From: Intoshia linei
Taxonomy: Eukaryota; Animalia; Orthonectida
Direction: 5' to 3'
Assembly: GCA_001642005.1 (NCBI GenBank)
Contig: LWCA01000077.1
Span: 1 to 59,801 of the forward strand
DNA: 59,801 bases
In this document: positions 1 to 12,353 of the stretch, one piece after another
How the letters are laid out: each line of letters starts with the position of its first letter
Numbering within the stretch: the first letter of the stretch is position 1
The notes under the pieces: model-generated
What the model saw: only the letters and a program-made list of their open reading frames with translations
What the model was told of the DNA's origin: nothing
Databases searched by the model: none
Translations under genes and position numbers: made by a program

Positions 1-383
1 AGAATTAAGTGACTACTTTTTAAATTATTAATGTTTGCATAATAACTTGGAACGCAGTGTACACTAATGTATGTTTATTTCAAATTCTAAAACTCATTTT
101 ATTAAAAAAAAATATATAAATAAGTAATTTGAATTTTTGACCCTTTAGAAATCAATTTCTAAAAATAAAAATTTACGATAAAGCAAGAATTTCAAAAAAC
201 TAAATTATAAATGGATATTTTTAAATTCTAGGACTTAATTTTCTAATGAATGGTAGCATACATTTTTAGCATACATACATAAATTACAATGTACATGTAT
301 AAAAAATCATATCTATGTTCACTTTGAGTGTACAGTTAAAAATACCATAAAATGTATCTAAATGTACCTAAATTATTATTTAG

Positions 384-3300
384 ATGGACGAAAACATTAC
401 ACTTTTGTATTACATTGCCAATCGGAATGGAAACGCTTATATAAATAAAAAATTATCAGGTTTTAATACATTTAAATATATACAATCTAAACCAGTACTT
501 CCCAAAGTTGTAAACGTCGCGGAAGCGCAAAATTTAAAATAATATATCATAGACCCCTAAAATATTTGTATATATAAACTGTACTATTGGCTACTGTAGT
601 ATTGAAAAAAGATATTTTTATTAAAACATATTGGAAAAAGAAATTTTCCTTTATTATATCCAAAAGGGTTTATCAAATTAGACTTTTTATTTTGGGCTTT
701 GATTAAGTGAATTTTTCAAAAAAAAAAATTTACCATAACTTCGTAACATAATTTTATTAATAATTTTTTATATTTATTTGAATCTCACAGACCCCCAGGT
801 ATATAGTTTTTGACATAAGGGATCCAGGGACCTTCAATCGGGAACCAGTGGTCTAGGTTCTAGTGTCTAGAATATTTTAAAAAAATATAAATTAATTGGT
901 CACTAATCCCTATTAAAATTTATTAAAGTTAAATTTAAAATAATGTACAAGAATCGTTTTAATCATTTACCGAACAGTTATTCCCAACTTTTATTTATAT
1001 TATTATTATAAAAGTATAAAAGTACATATATAAATGTATATAAAATGTATTTACCACAATTAAAAAACGTTTAATTTTTTTAGAATACCCACCAATGGTA
1101 TTTTCAAACGCTTACTCATTTAAAGATTACTACAATAAATTGACACTGCTGCAGGATAATGATATCGAATGTAAAAAGCATGTATCATACATCAGTAAAT
1201 TACAACAACCAATAAATTCACCTAAAGAAATAAATTCTACCCATTTTTCTCATTTTTCAAATTTAATATTAAACAAAACCAAATTTAATTACTTTTCTGT
1301 AATGATACAATCATTTTACACTTGCAACTGTTCAAAACATTGCTACTTTATTTTTAATAAGAAATTTATCTCGACATGTCACTGCGATTCTAATGAATAT
1401 TTTGATAAAGAATCACAACAATGTCTATCAGGTAAATAATCAACTTTTTTTAAAATTTATTCAGTTTAGAACCTCCTCCAAGAAAAACGACCAAAATTTT
1501 GTTAACTCTGTTGTACATTTTATCGATATGGGTTTTTTTATTCCTTTTTACTATCTGTGTCATGAGATTAGTTACATTTATAAAAAAAAGAAAAAAAAAT
1601 CGTGCAAATATCTTGATGCAACCAAAACCAATAGATCGAAATCTTGATTATGCTTATCAAGAGCTCAATGAAGTTATAAATTTATTACCTATTGATGACA
1701 TTTCGAAATTGATTGATGTTAATACTTTTGAAGAAAATTCCAATATTTTGTATTCAAAAGGCGGTGAATGGTCAAGTGTCATTAAGGATAAAGGATTTTT
1801 ACCCATTAATATCATTAGTGTCGAGGAATTGTCATTGGACGTGTACGAATGTTTAAATTGAATTATAGATATTTTTAATTGGAACGTCACTTCATCATTT
1901 TTAATGGTTTAATACAACGATTATGAACCCCAGGGTTTAGAGAAATTTACGTTTCAGATGATCTTGTCTAAATGTATAATTATTCAATCTTTAACTAATA
2001 ACAGGGGAAAACAAATTTTTATTCAGATTTAATTGCCACTGACTATTTTGTGTTTTTCAACCGATGCACTTGTGGTGTAGGAAAAATTTTAGTGACACTA
2101 TTCTTATGACTTTAAAAAAATGAAAAAAAATGCAAATTACCTCGCTTTACAAATTAGGCGTTTCTAAATAATCCAAAATTAAGTGCACCAAGTGACTCCC
2201 ATTCAATAATCTCGATAAATTGTTTTTAGAATGCTTGGCGAAGGTGCTTTTGCTGAAGTTTATCAGGGACAATATGCCAATGAAAAAGTTGCCATCAAGG
2301 TATATATTTTATCAAATGCACATATAACTTTAGTCAATATACTTTCCACCAGAAGACGAGGAAATTAGAAAAGATTGTCTTTTTGAAATTCTAATTTTAC
2401 GGTAAATTTTTTTTATTTCTGTCACATTTTGTTCAATTTGTGTCCAAAATTTTTTTAAATTTAAATTAAATCCAAACTAGACAATTGGTACATGAAAACA
2501 TAATAAAACAACTAGCAATAGCATTTATTAAAACAGGGATTTATATTGTGCTGGAATTTATGAATATGGGAAATTTACTGACATTTCTACGAACTTCTAG
2601 ACCATTATGTTCTACTAGTTTTACAAAGTGGAGAAAACCATTCCGACAAGTAAAAGTGTCATTTTATAAAATTACATCATAGCAGAAATTGACCCGATTC
2701 AGTCGTAACTTTAAATTGTTTTTAAAAGTTTCACTTGAAGTTTCGTGTGGTTGCAAATATTTAGAATCAAAATCATTTAGCCATCGGTAATTGTATGTTT
2801 AAAGTGATCATTATCATAACTTAAGTATAATTATTACAATATACACATTTTGTGGGTTCATTGTTCCAAATGACGGGAAAATGCAAAATGGTTGTAAAAT
2901 ATTTGAATGAAACAAGGTAAACACCAATTCAGGCGCCCTAGAGAAATGAATAACGAGATTTAAATTTTTTTATTATTTAAATATCTTGTGTTAATCTTTA
3001 ATTTAGTGACATAGCATCACGAAATATTTTGCTCAATGTAGACCGCTCAGGGAATATTATTTCCAAAATTTCGGATTTTGGTTTATCTCGCGAACTTTAC
3101 AAGTAATATTATTTAATTATGTCATTAAAAACATTTATGTATTATATTTATTGTAGGTCTCAGTATTATATAATGAGTATGAAAAAACGTTTTCCAGTTA
3201 GATGGATGCCACCCGAAGTATTGAGTGATGGGTTATTTACGATGAAAACAGATGTTTGGTAACACTATATTACACCAACAACAAAAAAAATATAAAAAGT

Positions 3301-4147
3301 GTAGTTAGCCATTTTTGATAAAATTAATTAATTGTACAAATTATAAGTGTTTCATAAATTGCGAATTCGCAAAATATGCTAAAGTCGATTAAAAAAATTG
3401 CAAAAAATAAAATTTTATTTTTTCATGTACTCCCTCATCAATTATTAAAATACATCCTTATGCAGTCAATAGTTCCCATTAATATTAATAAGTATATCCT
3501 AACTTATATAATATGCTACGCTATTTTTGTTTGTGTGTGTGTTCAGCTTTATTTAAATAACTACCCATCTTAGAATTTTATAAAGTCCATATTTCAATTA
3601 CAGTTTTTCTGGGGTGTTCGCAAACATAATTTTAACCTCCCAAACTAACCTGACACAAATTTAGGAACCATTCCTTTAAAGGATTGATAATAGTGAATAG
3701 TAGGATTTTTAAATTAGATTTTCAACGTGAATTTATTTTTTAAGTATTATAAAAATGTGCCCTCGGCATATCTAGGTCCTGTTTGTACGTAGTACATAAC
3801 AGTCAACCTAGTAATGTATATATTAATACATCCATTTAAATTTACAATGTACTTGTTAATGTGTATTATTTAGGTCATATGGTATCCTACTTTGGGAAAT
3901 ATTTAGTTATGGTAAACTTCCATATGGTGGTTTTCATAATTCGGAAATTTTATCATTTTTAAACGAAGGAGGACGATTAACCATTCCTACTAATTGTCCA
4001 AGCGAACTGTAATATTTTACTAATCATCAAAAATTGTTTAGATACGCCCTTATGAAATGTTGTTGGTCGGATAATACAGAAAAGAGGCCGTCATTCGCTC
4101 ATATTTACATTAAAATGATCAAATTTTCAAAAACGTTTAATTGTTAA
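384..4147 (+). CDS. ALK/LTK-like receptor tyrosine kinase (multi-exon; 5' end uncertain, may start upstream)
   Basis: Spliced exons ~384-459, 1084-1431 (Cys-rich EGF-like CNCSKHC..CHCDSNEYFDKESQQC), 1470-1842 (TM LLYILSIWVFLFLFTICV then KKRKK), 2230-2299 (LGEGAFAEVY..VAIK), 2334-2401, 2481-2649 (LEFMNMGNLLTFLRTSRP), 2683-2786 (GCKYLESKSFSHR), 3007-3102 (DIASRN..DFGLSRELYK), 3157-3258 (SQYY..PVRWMPPE..KTDVW), 3874-4008 (SYGILLWEIFSYG), 4042-4147. WMPPE, FLRxSRP, GCxYLE and YxxxYY are ALK/LTK-type signatures. Confidence 0.88.
493..850. mobile_element. Degenerate hAT (Charlie-like) MITE in the RTK intron
   Basis: Ends cagtacttcccaa (493) and gggaaccagtg (850), flanked by atctaaac/gtctaggt (NTCTARAN-like). 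Internal 763-800 matches the reverse complement of ~27425-27470. Confidence 0.45.
3497..3811 (+). mobile_element. Non-autonomous Helitron-like element in the RTK intron
   Basis: 5' A|TC start (tcctaacttatataatatgctacgc..tgtgtgt), 3' hairpin ctgtttgtac-gta-gtacataacag (3779-3802) followed by CTAG|T, no TSD. A second copy of the 5' part lies at ~10908-11045. Confidence 0.65.
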
Positions 4148-4239
4148 TAAAATTTAAAATGATTGTTTGCACGCTTGATAATTCAAATCTGATTTACAAA
4201 AAAAATTCCGAGTCAATTTTTTTCTTGTGAAGAAAGTAA

Positions 4240-4790
4240 AATAAATGTCAAACTCAGACATTTGCATCTTCACGGTCAAAACCACAAATTACCCATTATT
4301 TTGGTCACTTAATTATTTCAAATTTTTTATTTTTTTTATTATTATTTATATTTTGGGTATAACTGTATTTTTTTTAAATTCTAAGACTATTTTTATTTTT
4401 TAAAAAAAGAATAATATGTGGTTTTGACCTTAAAATTTACTTTTTTGGTTTTCGATTTATGATAATGTTTATGATTTTAAAAACTATCCCACTATTTAGG
4501 CTGTATAAAATTCTAGGACTTTTTTCATTTTAAAACATTCATCATTACAAAAAAGGTAATTTGTGGTTTTGGCCGTGAAGTTATATGATTTTGAAACTTG
4601 AAATATAATAATTTTGTTGATTTTAAAATCTTTATCAAATTGAGTAAATTTTTGTATTTCTAGGACTCGTTTGAATTTGAAAAAAAAAGGATAGTTGGGG
4701 TTTTTGACTTTTGAGAACTCAATTTCTGAAAATGAAATTTGCAATAAAACGTGACACTCGAAAAACAGTTATAGGAATATTGAATTTTTA
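4240..4790. repeat. Interspersed repeat/MITE-like sequence with internal inverted segments
   Basis: cttcacggtcaaaaccacaaatta (4268) is inverted to taatttgtggttttggccgtgaag (4557). Related blocks lie at ~10390-10580 and ~24530-24840. Confidence 0.5.
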
Positions 4791-5331
4791 AGACTCGACT
4801 CCTCTTAATTTCTTAAATAAACTGGAACATGTAAATAAACAGGCATACATTTTTAACTAAATTACTCCACATAAGTAAGGATTAAAACTTTTACTGTTCA
4901 TAATTGTTTGAGTAAACATTTTTTTGTTGTGTGAACATCGTAATAATTTTTTTTCACATTTGACCCGCCAAGCAAAATGTCTCTAAAACCCCCGTTCGTA
5001 AGATAATAATTTCGGTCGTTAGCGATTTAAGACAAAATCGTATCATTTGACTTTTCATTTTCATTTTGATTTGATGTTTGCATTTAAAATTATTGGTAAA
5101 TTAATATGAATAATGTTCAACTATTACCGTCGCTGGCGGTAAGACGATATGACGTCTATCGGCTAGACGTCACAGCGATTACATTGTTTATCAGTGGTAT
5201 CTCTAAAAATTGATTCAGGAATCCTGTATTTGAAAAAGTATAATGATGTAGAAAAAATTCCCGGACATTAAATAAAGTTACATAGTTAGTAAAATAAATT
5301 TTAAATTATAAAATATATTAATTTTTGATAA

Positions 5332-7744
5332 ATGTATTCGACTAGCAGCCAGAAAAAGTCGTGGATATTTAGAGATAATATAGCTCTAAAGGAATTAAGG
5401 CAAAAAAATTACTTTGTAAATTTGATTTCCATTTATATTGTGTATTTTTTACTAATATAGACAAATTTCAATAATTTAAAAGAAAAAATCACTGTTCAAG
5501 AAATAGAAAACGTGATACTTCATTTTGTTTCTCTCATGAAAGAATATTTCACATTATTCAAGCAAGAAATTCAAAATAGGTGCTTGTTCACAGCAATCAC
5601 GTTATTTAAACGCTTTTATCTGTATTCCTCCCCTTTTAAATACCCCCTTCGCGAAATCATGTATAAATAATTCATTATCAAATGTATCATATTTAGGATA
5701 ACCTGTGCTTTTATGGCAATGAAAATTGGAGAATTCAGTATCCCAATCCAATCAATTTGTTCCAAGGTTCAACACGTTATTGAGTTTTCAAACATTTACA
5801 TGTCTCATTCCAATGCAAAGTTGAAGGGCGTCGAAGAATATTCAAAGATTATATTATATTTCGAGCAAATTGTTTTAGACGTAGTAAAATATCACATCAC
5901 TATCTACCAACCCTTCAGGTTAAGGTCTGGTTTGCTTCAATATGTAAAGGTATTTTTAATGTCATTATTCTGATAAATTGTTATTTTTCAGTTTGCCATG
6001 TCAGATTTGCATTTTAGTCTTGATGTTAAACAAATTATTAAAGAATCTGATAATTTTATACACAAATCATTATATACTGATGTTCATTTTATCTATAACC
6101 CCTGTTTGGTAAAATTTTTATTATTGTCAGTGCAGAATACCTCAATTGTACTATTTTGTTCAAATTTATTCAGAGATTTGTTCAGAGAAAAATTGACTTT
6201 TGAATTGAATTTTACCAAACCTTATAGAAACTCCACTTAATCAAACCACAAAATAAAAAATCCAATTTTACTAAATCCTTAAGGGAAAAATTCCCTTTTT
6301 CCAATATTTTTTTATTAATTTTTAATATTTTACCAAATTTTATAAGAAAAACCTATTTTCAACGCTAAAATAAAACTCCAATAATACCAACGTTTAAGGA
6401 AATGTCCTCTTTTTTTAATATTATTTGGAAAAATTCGATCATACTAAATTTTATGACCAACAACAGTTTATTTAATGACAATGACCAAAATTTTGTATGG
6501 TTTATAAAGTGATATTTTTTTCTACACTTTTTTAAAGATTTTAAGGATATTTTTGTGACCAAAAATTTTTTGTAATGCTTTTAAATAAAACCAAAATAAT
6601 CTTAAAAATCTTTAAAAATTGGGTAAAAAAACTTCCCTTAAAAACCCTACAAAATTTGGGTCTCAAAATTATATTGAAAATCTTTAATAAATGGTAGAAA
6701 AAAAATATTTCCTTAAAAACCCTATAAAATGTTCGTCTCAAAATTATCCTTAAAAAATAGTAGAAAAAAATTTTTCCCTTAAAAACCCTACAAAATTATT
6801 TTCAAAATTTTTAAAAATTATTTACTTAAAAACCCTACAATGTTTTCATCCCAAAATTATCCATTAAAAATGGTAGAAAAAAATATTAGCTTAAAACCCT
6901 ACAATATAAGGATAACTGAGGTTATCCTATTATTTATATTGTTATTTTTACTGATTTTTATAAAATTTAGATAGCCTTGTCCGCGTTGATATATGCTTCT
7001 AATGATTTTGTTGAGTAATTTTAATTTTTTCAGTTTTGCTATTTAACATTAACACGTTTTCGTCCTTTGGAAGTTCATAATATCACATTTATAGGGATTT
7101 TTGCTAGAATAATTTTTTTTTGATTTTTTCAATAAAAGTCAAATCATTAATATTTATTTATAGTAGAATACATGTAGTTAATGCGAAATTTTAGATTTAT
7201 TCAAAAACACGATGCTGAATTTGACGGAAATATCTCAGATATAAAAGGTAACATATTGAATAAATCAACTCCAAAATTAATGTGGTATTTTTTGTATATG
7301 GGTAACTATAAGCTGGAGTAGTGTTTGTAACATAGGGTTGCGATAGAAAAATTTTTATTTCCTAAAAAATAGAAAGGAAAATTAATAATTCTGTAATGTC
7401 TGTTATTGATACAGTATTAAGTTTAAACTACTTTTAACCCATTTTTTTGATGAATCATAACCAAACGTTTTATGGTCGATATACATTATTTGAACCCTCA
7501 TTAATATGTAAATAATTCAATTAATAAGATTATTTAGAAATAATTAAAACAGTAGATGAAGAAGATGATGTAAAGTACTCTGAATGTAATTACCATAAAA
7601 CAATTGGCCAATATATTTCCCCAAAATATACCCCGTTTACAAAAGAGTAATAGCTTCATTGATTCTAAAAAATGTTAATCTAGATTTAACGAAATAATGG
7701 ACAAATTAAATTTAAACGAAGAAATAGAATCAGATTTTTTGTAA
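5332..7744 (+). CDS. CCNH: Cyclin H (CAK/TFIIH subunit), multi-exon
   Basis: N-term MYSTSSQKKSWIF (cf. MYHNSSQKRHWTF); cyclin box TAITLFKRFYLYSS..REIMITCAFMAMKIGEF; FEQIVLDVVKYHITIYQPFR; LYTDVHFIYNP. The last exon (7684-7744, ..EEIESDFL*) is inferred; an alternative stop lies at 7650. Confidence 0.9.
6540..6905 (+). repeat. Intronic degenerate tandem repeat (~60 bp unit, cttaaaaaccctacaaaatt core)
   Basis: The core recurs at ~6637, 6712, 6778, 6826 and 6890. A reverse-complement array lies at ~30420-30720. Confidence 0.7.
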
Positions 7745-7751
7745 AGATAAA

Positions 7752-9111
7752 TTATTTATTCAAAACATTTTTTAATTTTGAAATTTGATATTTAAGTATC
7801 AATTTTTCTTGATTTATTTGGCTGGAATATTTATACAGACTATTATTTTCATCGCGGCTATTATCTAGCAATCGTGTTAAAACATCAAGTTTGTTGACAT
7901 TCTTATTAAGTTTAATATTTACAATATTTTTAAGTTCTGTAGCTGATATAACGTCCTGCCGGCAAGATTTTAGTTCATTAATGAGATTGAGGATGGTACT
8001 ATTGTAAAATTTTTTTTCAATTTCATATTTGGTCTTTAACTGTTTTAAAGTATACTGTTCCCTTGAATTTATTTCAGGTGTGGAATTTATACAATTTAAT
8101 TTTAAGTTTCCAATTTTTGCACCCAATTTTTTATTTATGGCTAATAATTGAAATAGTGGTAAATTTTCACAGTCACCAAAAATGTCTTGTCTAATATGTA
8201 GTTGATTAGATTTAAAATCAAAAAAAATGTTGCTTTTTTCTAAAATTTTACAAATATAAACCAATAATGTTATAGATTGAGTCAAAACGTTAGAAATTTG
8301 GCTAGTAAAGTTATTAATCAATTGCAAGATATCATCATTAGTGGGAGAATCAATTTCAAAATAAGAAGGCAACGGGTCCAATTTTACATTTTGTTTTAAA
8401 TGCACATTACATATCTTTTCCCACACTTGACAAGTATCGTTACAATGTCCAGTTTTAAATAAGCAGTAAAGATTTTGCAAAATTTCAGTTCGTTTTGTAT
8501 TTTCGTATCTAATGAAATTATTTGTTTCGTCTAATTTCTTATTTAAATTGTCAATTTCTTCATAGCAGATTGATAAATTTTTATTTACATTTTCTTCGTT
8601 TCTGAAAGAAACGTCAATTTCCGTTTCTTCTGCTTTTATTGGTAGTGTTATTTTTTCGTTTTCATATTTTTCAACATTAAAACTTTGTTCAATCACGGAA
8701 TTTGATAATTCTACGAGATTAGATTCTAGATATTGATTTTTTCGGGATAATTTTTCATATTTTATATTCAATTGTAATAATGTTTTTTGCAGGTCAGAAT
8801 TTTCTTTACAATATTCCTTATTTTTAGACAACAAGATTTTATAATCCAAATCACTCTGTTTTTTGAATTTTTCAAAATCCTATTAATTAATTAATTATTG
8901 TTTACTAATTTTATTACAATTTGAGTAGATTTCATATTATTTACCAAAATTAAGTGTTTCGTCTTTAATTCGTTTATTTCCGATATGTACATATCTTTAT
9001 TTTTCAGTAATTCTCTACCTCGTTCTGTAGCCTAAAAAGTAGTGTTTTACGAAATTTAGGAAAAAGTGTATTTGATACCAAATATTTGTCACGATTAGTT
9101 TCAAAATTCAT
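7752..9111 (-). CDS. BicD: Divergent, shortened Bicaudal-D-like dynein adaptor (~420 aa)
   Basis: Exons 9111-9079, 9031-~8918, 8879-7752. N-term DKYLATERGRELLKNK resembles the BICD CC1 box EKIQAAEYGLAVLEEK. C-term LKQLKTKYEIEK..TILNLINELK..KLD..DENNSL..QEKLIL aligns without gaps to BICD CC3 LANLKSKYENEK..TMMKLRNELK..QLD..DEKKTL..QQKLAL. Confidence 0.72.
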
Positions 9112-9377
9112 ATTTTTTGTATTTCAAAATTAAATATTTTGCGTTTTATATAGCGTTATAAATTTTAAATTATTTCAAAATAGTTTTCATAGACGTCTTC
9201 TTATGTACATGAATTCTATGGAATCATAATAAATTGGAAATTTTTTCATTTATTGACATTTGTTACATTAAAATTATTTATTTAAAAATCAATAAGATGA
9301 AAAACTTTTATTTCCACTTTTTTCAAAAGTTTTTTGTGTATTCATAATAAAGTTGACTATTAAATAAATCAATACAA

Positions 9378-11293
9378 ATGTCTTATTTCAATAAGCCCAT
9401 ATCGGAAGGAATTAAAGTAAATTAATAATTTTTTTATCGATTTCAAAATTATAAAATTGATTTAGATGTTCATTATATCCTCGTTACCATTTTGTTTAAT
9501 ATATTATGCTAATATGGAAAGTACATACAAAAAGGCTTTCAAAAATGCAGTATAACATTTCATATTATTTATCTAATTTTATAGATTAATTTTCATATAA
9601 ATGTCATTAAGATGATTTGAAAGAGTTGATGTACTGCCCTGCAGGGTATGATGAAAATATCTTTTTTTCATAATTTTAGTTCATCTTAAAATAGTTTTAT
9701 TGTGGCATTGCTTTTGCAATGTCTTGTTCCAAATTTTTTTAAAAAACAAGATTTCTAGAAAATAATCTTATTTTTATCGTTGTGATCAACAAAAAATTAA
9801 ATGTATTGTTAGTGTACAGTGAGCTAAAATGATTGCAACAACGATGCTCTATATTTTATGGTTCAGGATTACAAATTACTGTATTGTATATCTATCTTTT
9901 TTGATTAATGACAATTTTCGTAGTTTTTACTATTGATCATGTTATAGGACATTTTATCATCACTAGCGGTTTTCATAATTATTAATTAACAATTTTTGTT
10001 TTTAAATTTCATCAAATTATTAACATCCTTAAAATAACCCATTTTTAGAAAAAGTATAACATTCTCAGCGTTTATTGCAATAGTTATAACTTTTTCAGCT
10101 CTATCTGTTCTGTAATTTGTAATTTTTTCATTTTCAACTTATGTATCCATGAAGGTTAATGATTTTTAGATGTTAACCCGGTCATTATTTTTAGTTAACA
10201 ATATTGTTATACATTATTGTAAGTTGTGAAATAAGTGACATTATAACTAAACAATTATAAAAAGGTTTCATTTATTCAAGTGACCATTGTGGCGCTGAAT
10301 AGTCCTTCTTAACAGATAACATAATATAATCTTTTTCTTAAAAAAATCAAGATCTGTTACCATTTAATATTTATATTATCTATAATTTAAAAAACCACAA
10401 TTTTTAAAAATATTTACGAGTGATGTATTATTGAAAATTTTGTTTCCCGAAATTGAGTCATTCACTGTCAAAAACACAAATTTTTTTTTTTTATCAATAA
10501 AATGCTACAAAACATAAAACTGGAACGTGTTTTAAAATAATCGCAAATTTCAACCTCAGAAACTTACATTTTCATGGTCCAAATCTAAATTATTTTTTTT
10601 TAAAAAAATGCCAAGTTATTTGCAGTTAACACACGCACAAAAATTGGCTAATTAAAAAGAATTTTATATTGTTTTTTTGGTACAGTAGCGATACATTAAG
10701 CAGACCACTTTTAGAAACTGGTCCATTTTAATAATACTAAACAGAGATTCAAATACAAGTTTTAACTCACATTATTTTACACATTTTATGTAATAATTAA
10801 GTCACGGGATAATTTAACCTTTTTTAAATTATAAAATATATTAATTTATTTAAAAAATTTATCAGATAATAAAAATTTTTTTAAATATACATGTTGCAAG
10901 ATTATTTTAACTTATATAATATGCTACGCGACTGTTGTTTGTGTGTCCTACTTTATTGAAACAACTACCACTCTTAAAATTTTATAAAAACCACATTTCA
11001 ATTAGTTTTTTCCGGGGTGTTGGCAAACATAATTTCAACCTCCCATACTCACATCTTACGGGTCAAAAACCCCAATTGTCCCTTTTTGAAATCAAACGAG
11101 TTGGAGAATTTAAAAAAATATATATGCCGATACGGATTTTAAAATCATAAATATGAAATACAATAATTGTGTCATGTATGATCGTTATACGCCAATTAAT
11201 TTATTTTAGATACAGAACGAAATAATAATAGTCGATGTAACGGTAAAATAAATTCAATTTAAATAACAATATTTACAGGAAGATGATATATAA
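9378..11293 (+). other. Possible orphan multi-pass membrane gene or pseudogene
   Basis: Short GT-AG-bounded segments encode hydrophobic peptides (MFIISSLPFCLIYY; MIATTMLYILWF; SITFSAFIAIVITFSALSVL; MLTRSLFLVNNIVIHY). I could not thread a stop-free model through 9585-9830. Confidence 0.25.
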
Positions 11294-11323
11294 AGATGTA
11301 TTAAACAATAAATTCAATCAGCA

Positions 11324-12353
11324 TTAATTGACTTTAGGTCTATAAAAACACCCTAAAGTATACATTATGTAAATAAATAATAAATAAACCTTCCGCTAAT
11401 CTTGCCAATCCACCCGTTGGTTTTGCCAAAATAATAGCACATGCGTGACATCTAATGTGAGTTTGAGCGTGACTGAATATTGTGGTAATTTTGTCACATT
11501 CTAAGAATTATTATAGAATTAGAAGAAACATTATATAACTTTAAAGAAAAAATTTTCGAATTCCATCGACTTATTAAATTAAATTAAAAAAAGAAATGTC
11601 AAGCAGTTACAGGTTACACCAGTGATTCTTAACCCGTACACAGCGCCGTTTAGATACTTGAGTTTTTTTATTTTAAAAAATTCTATAAATTAGCTTCAAA
11701 TTGACAATTCTCTGATAAAAATCATTTCATCATACATCAAATGTTTTTTACTAAATTCAAGTCACGAATAAAAATATTTTTGTTATCTGATTTTAGTTTT
11801 CAATTTTTGCACATTTTCGAAAATCTATGTTTTATTCTAATCAAAATTTGAGGTGCGCCCAAATTTGTATTCATTTCACGAGTGCGCCCTTAAGTAAAAA
11901 AGGGTTAAGAAACACTAGGTTACACTAAAATGGGATTAGAATTTTATTGTGTCTTAAGCATCAAGATAGTAAATAGATAGATAAGTTAATAATAAGATAA
12001 GAATTCAGCAAAGTACGAAATAATTCATACTGTTGTCTGCAGTATTAATATTAATAAAATATTTTTCAAAGGATATGTTATAGATGGGCGACACGAAATT
12101 CATAAAATCATCCAAATTTGGCTTGGTCTGGTTATTAAATTTTAGAATATTTTAAACATGTAATACTGACGCTGGATTTTTAATAATATTAAAAATTACT
12201 TCCACATTTGACGTCGATAAAATAACTATTAGGTGAAGGAATTAAACGCTTCAATTTGTGTTTTCGTTTCTCAGTTTCATACTTCGGATTCAACAAATCG
12301 GTATTTCTCTAAATTAATTATCAATTCATAATAACAAAAAAATTTACAGCCAT
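11324..12353 (-). CDS. RPS27: 40S ribosomal protein S27 (eS27)
   Basis: 4 exons: MA|[36 protein letters not shown]|[37 protein letters not shown]|GCFYRPKVN*, with an intact C4 zinc finger. Confidence 0.96.
11620..11917. mobile_element. hAT-family MITE in an RPS27 intron
   Basis: TIRs cagtgattcttaacc / ggttaagaaacacta and a perfect 8-bp TSD ggttacac (11612-11619, 11918-11925). Confidence 0.88.

Noticed and set aside
6540-6905. Regular repeats as a possible CRISPR array
   Set aside because: Degenerate tandem units without unique spacers, in a eukaryotic intron, with no cas genes.
9585-9645. Stop-codon reassignment or readthrough to rescue the orphan gene
   Set aside because: Long exons (PPIP5K, SF3B4, BicD) contain no in-frame stops, and TAA, TAG and TGA all serve as terminators in this window.
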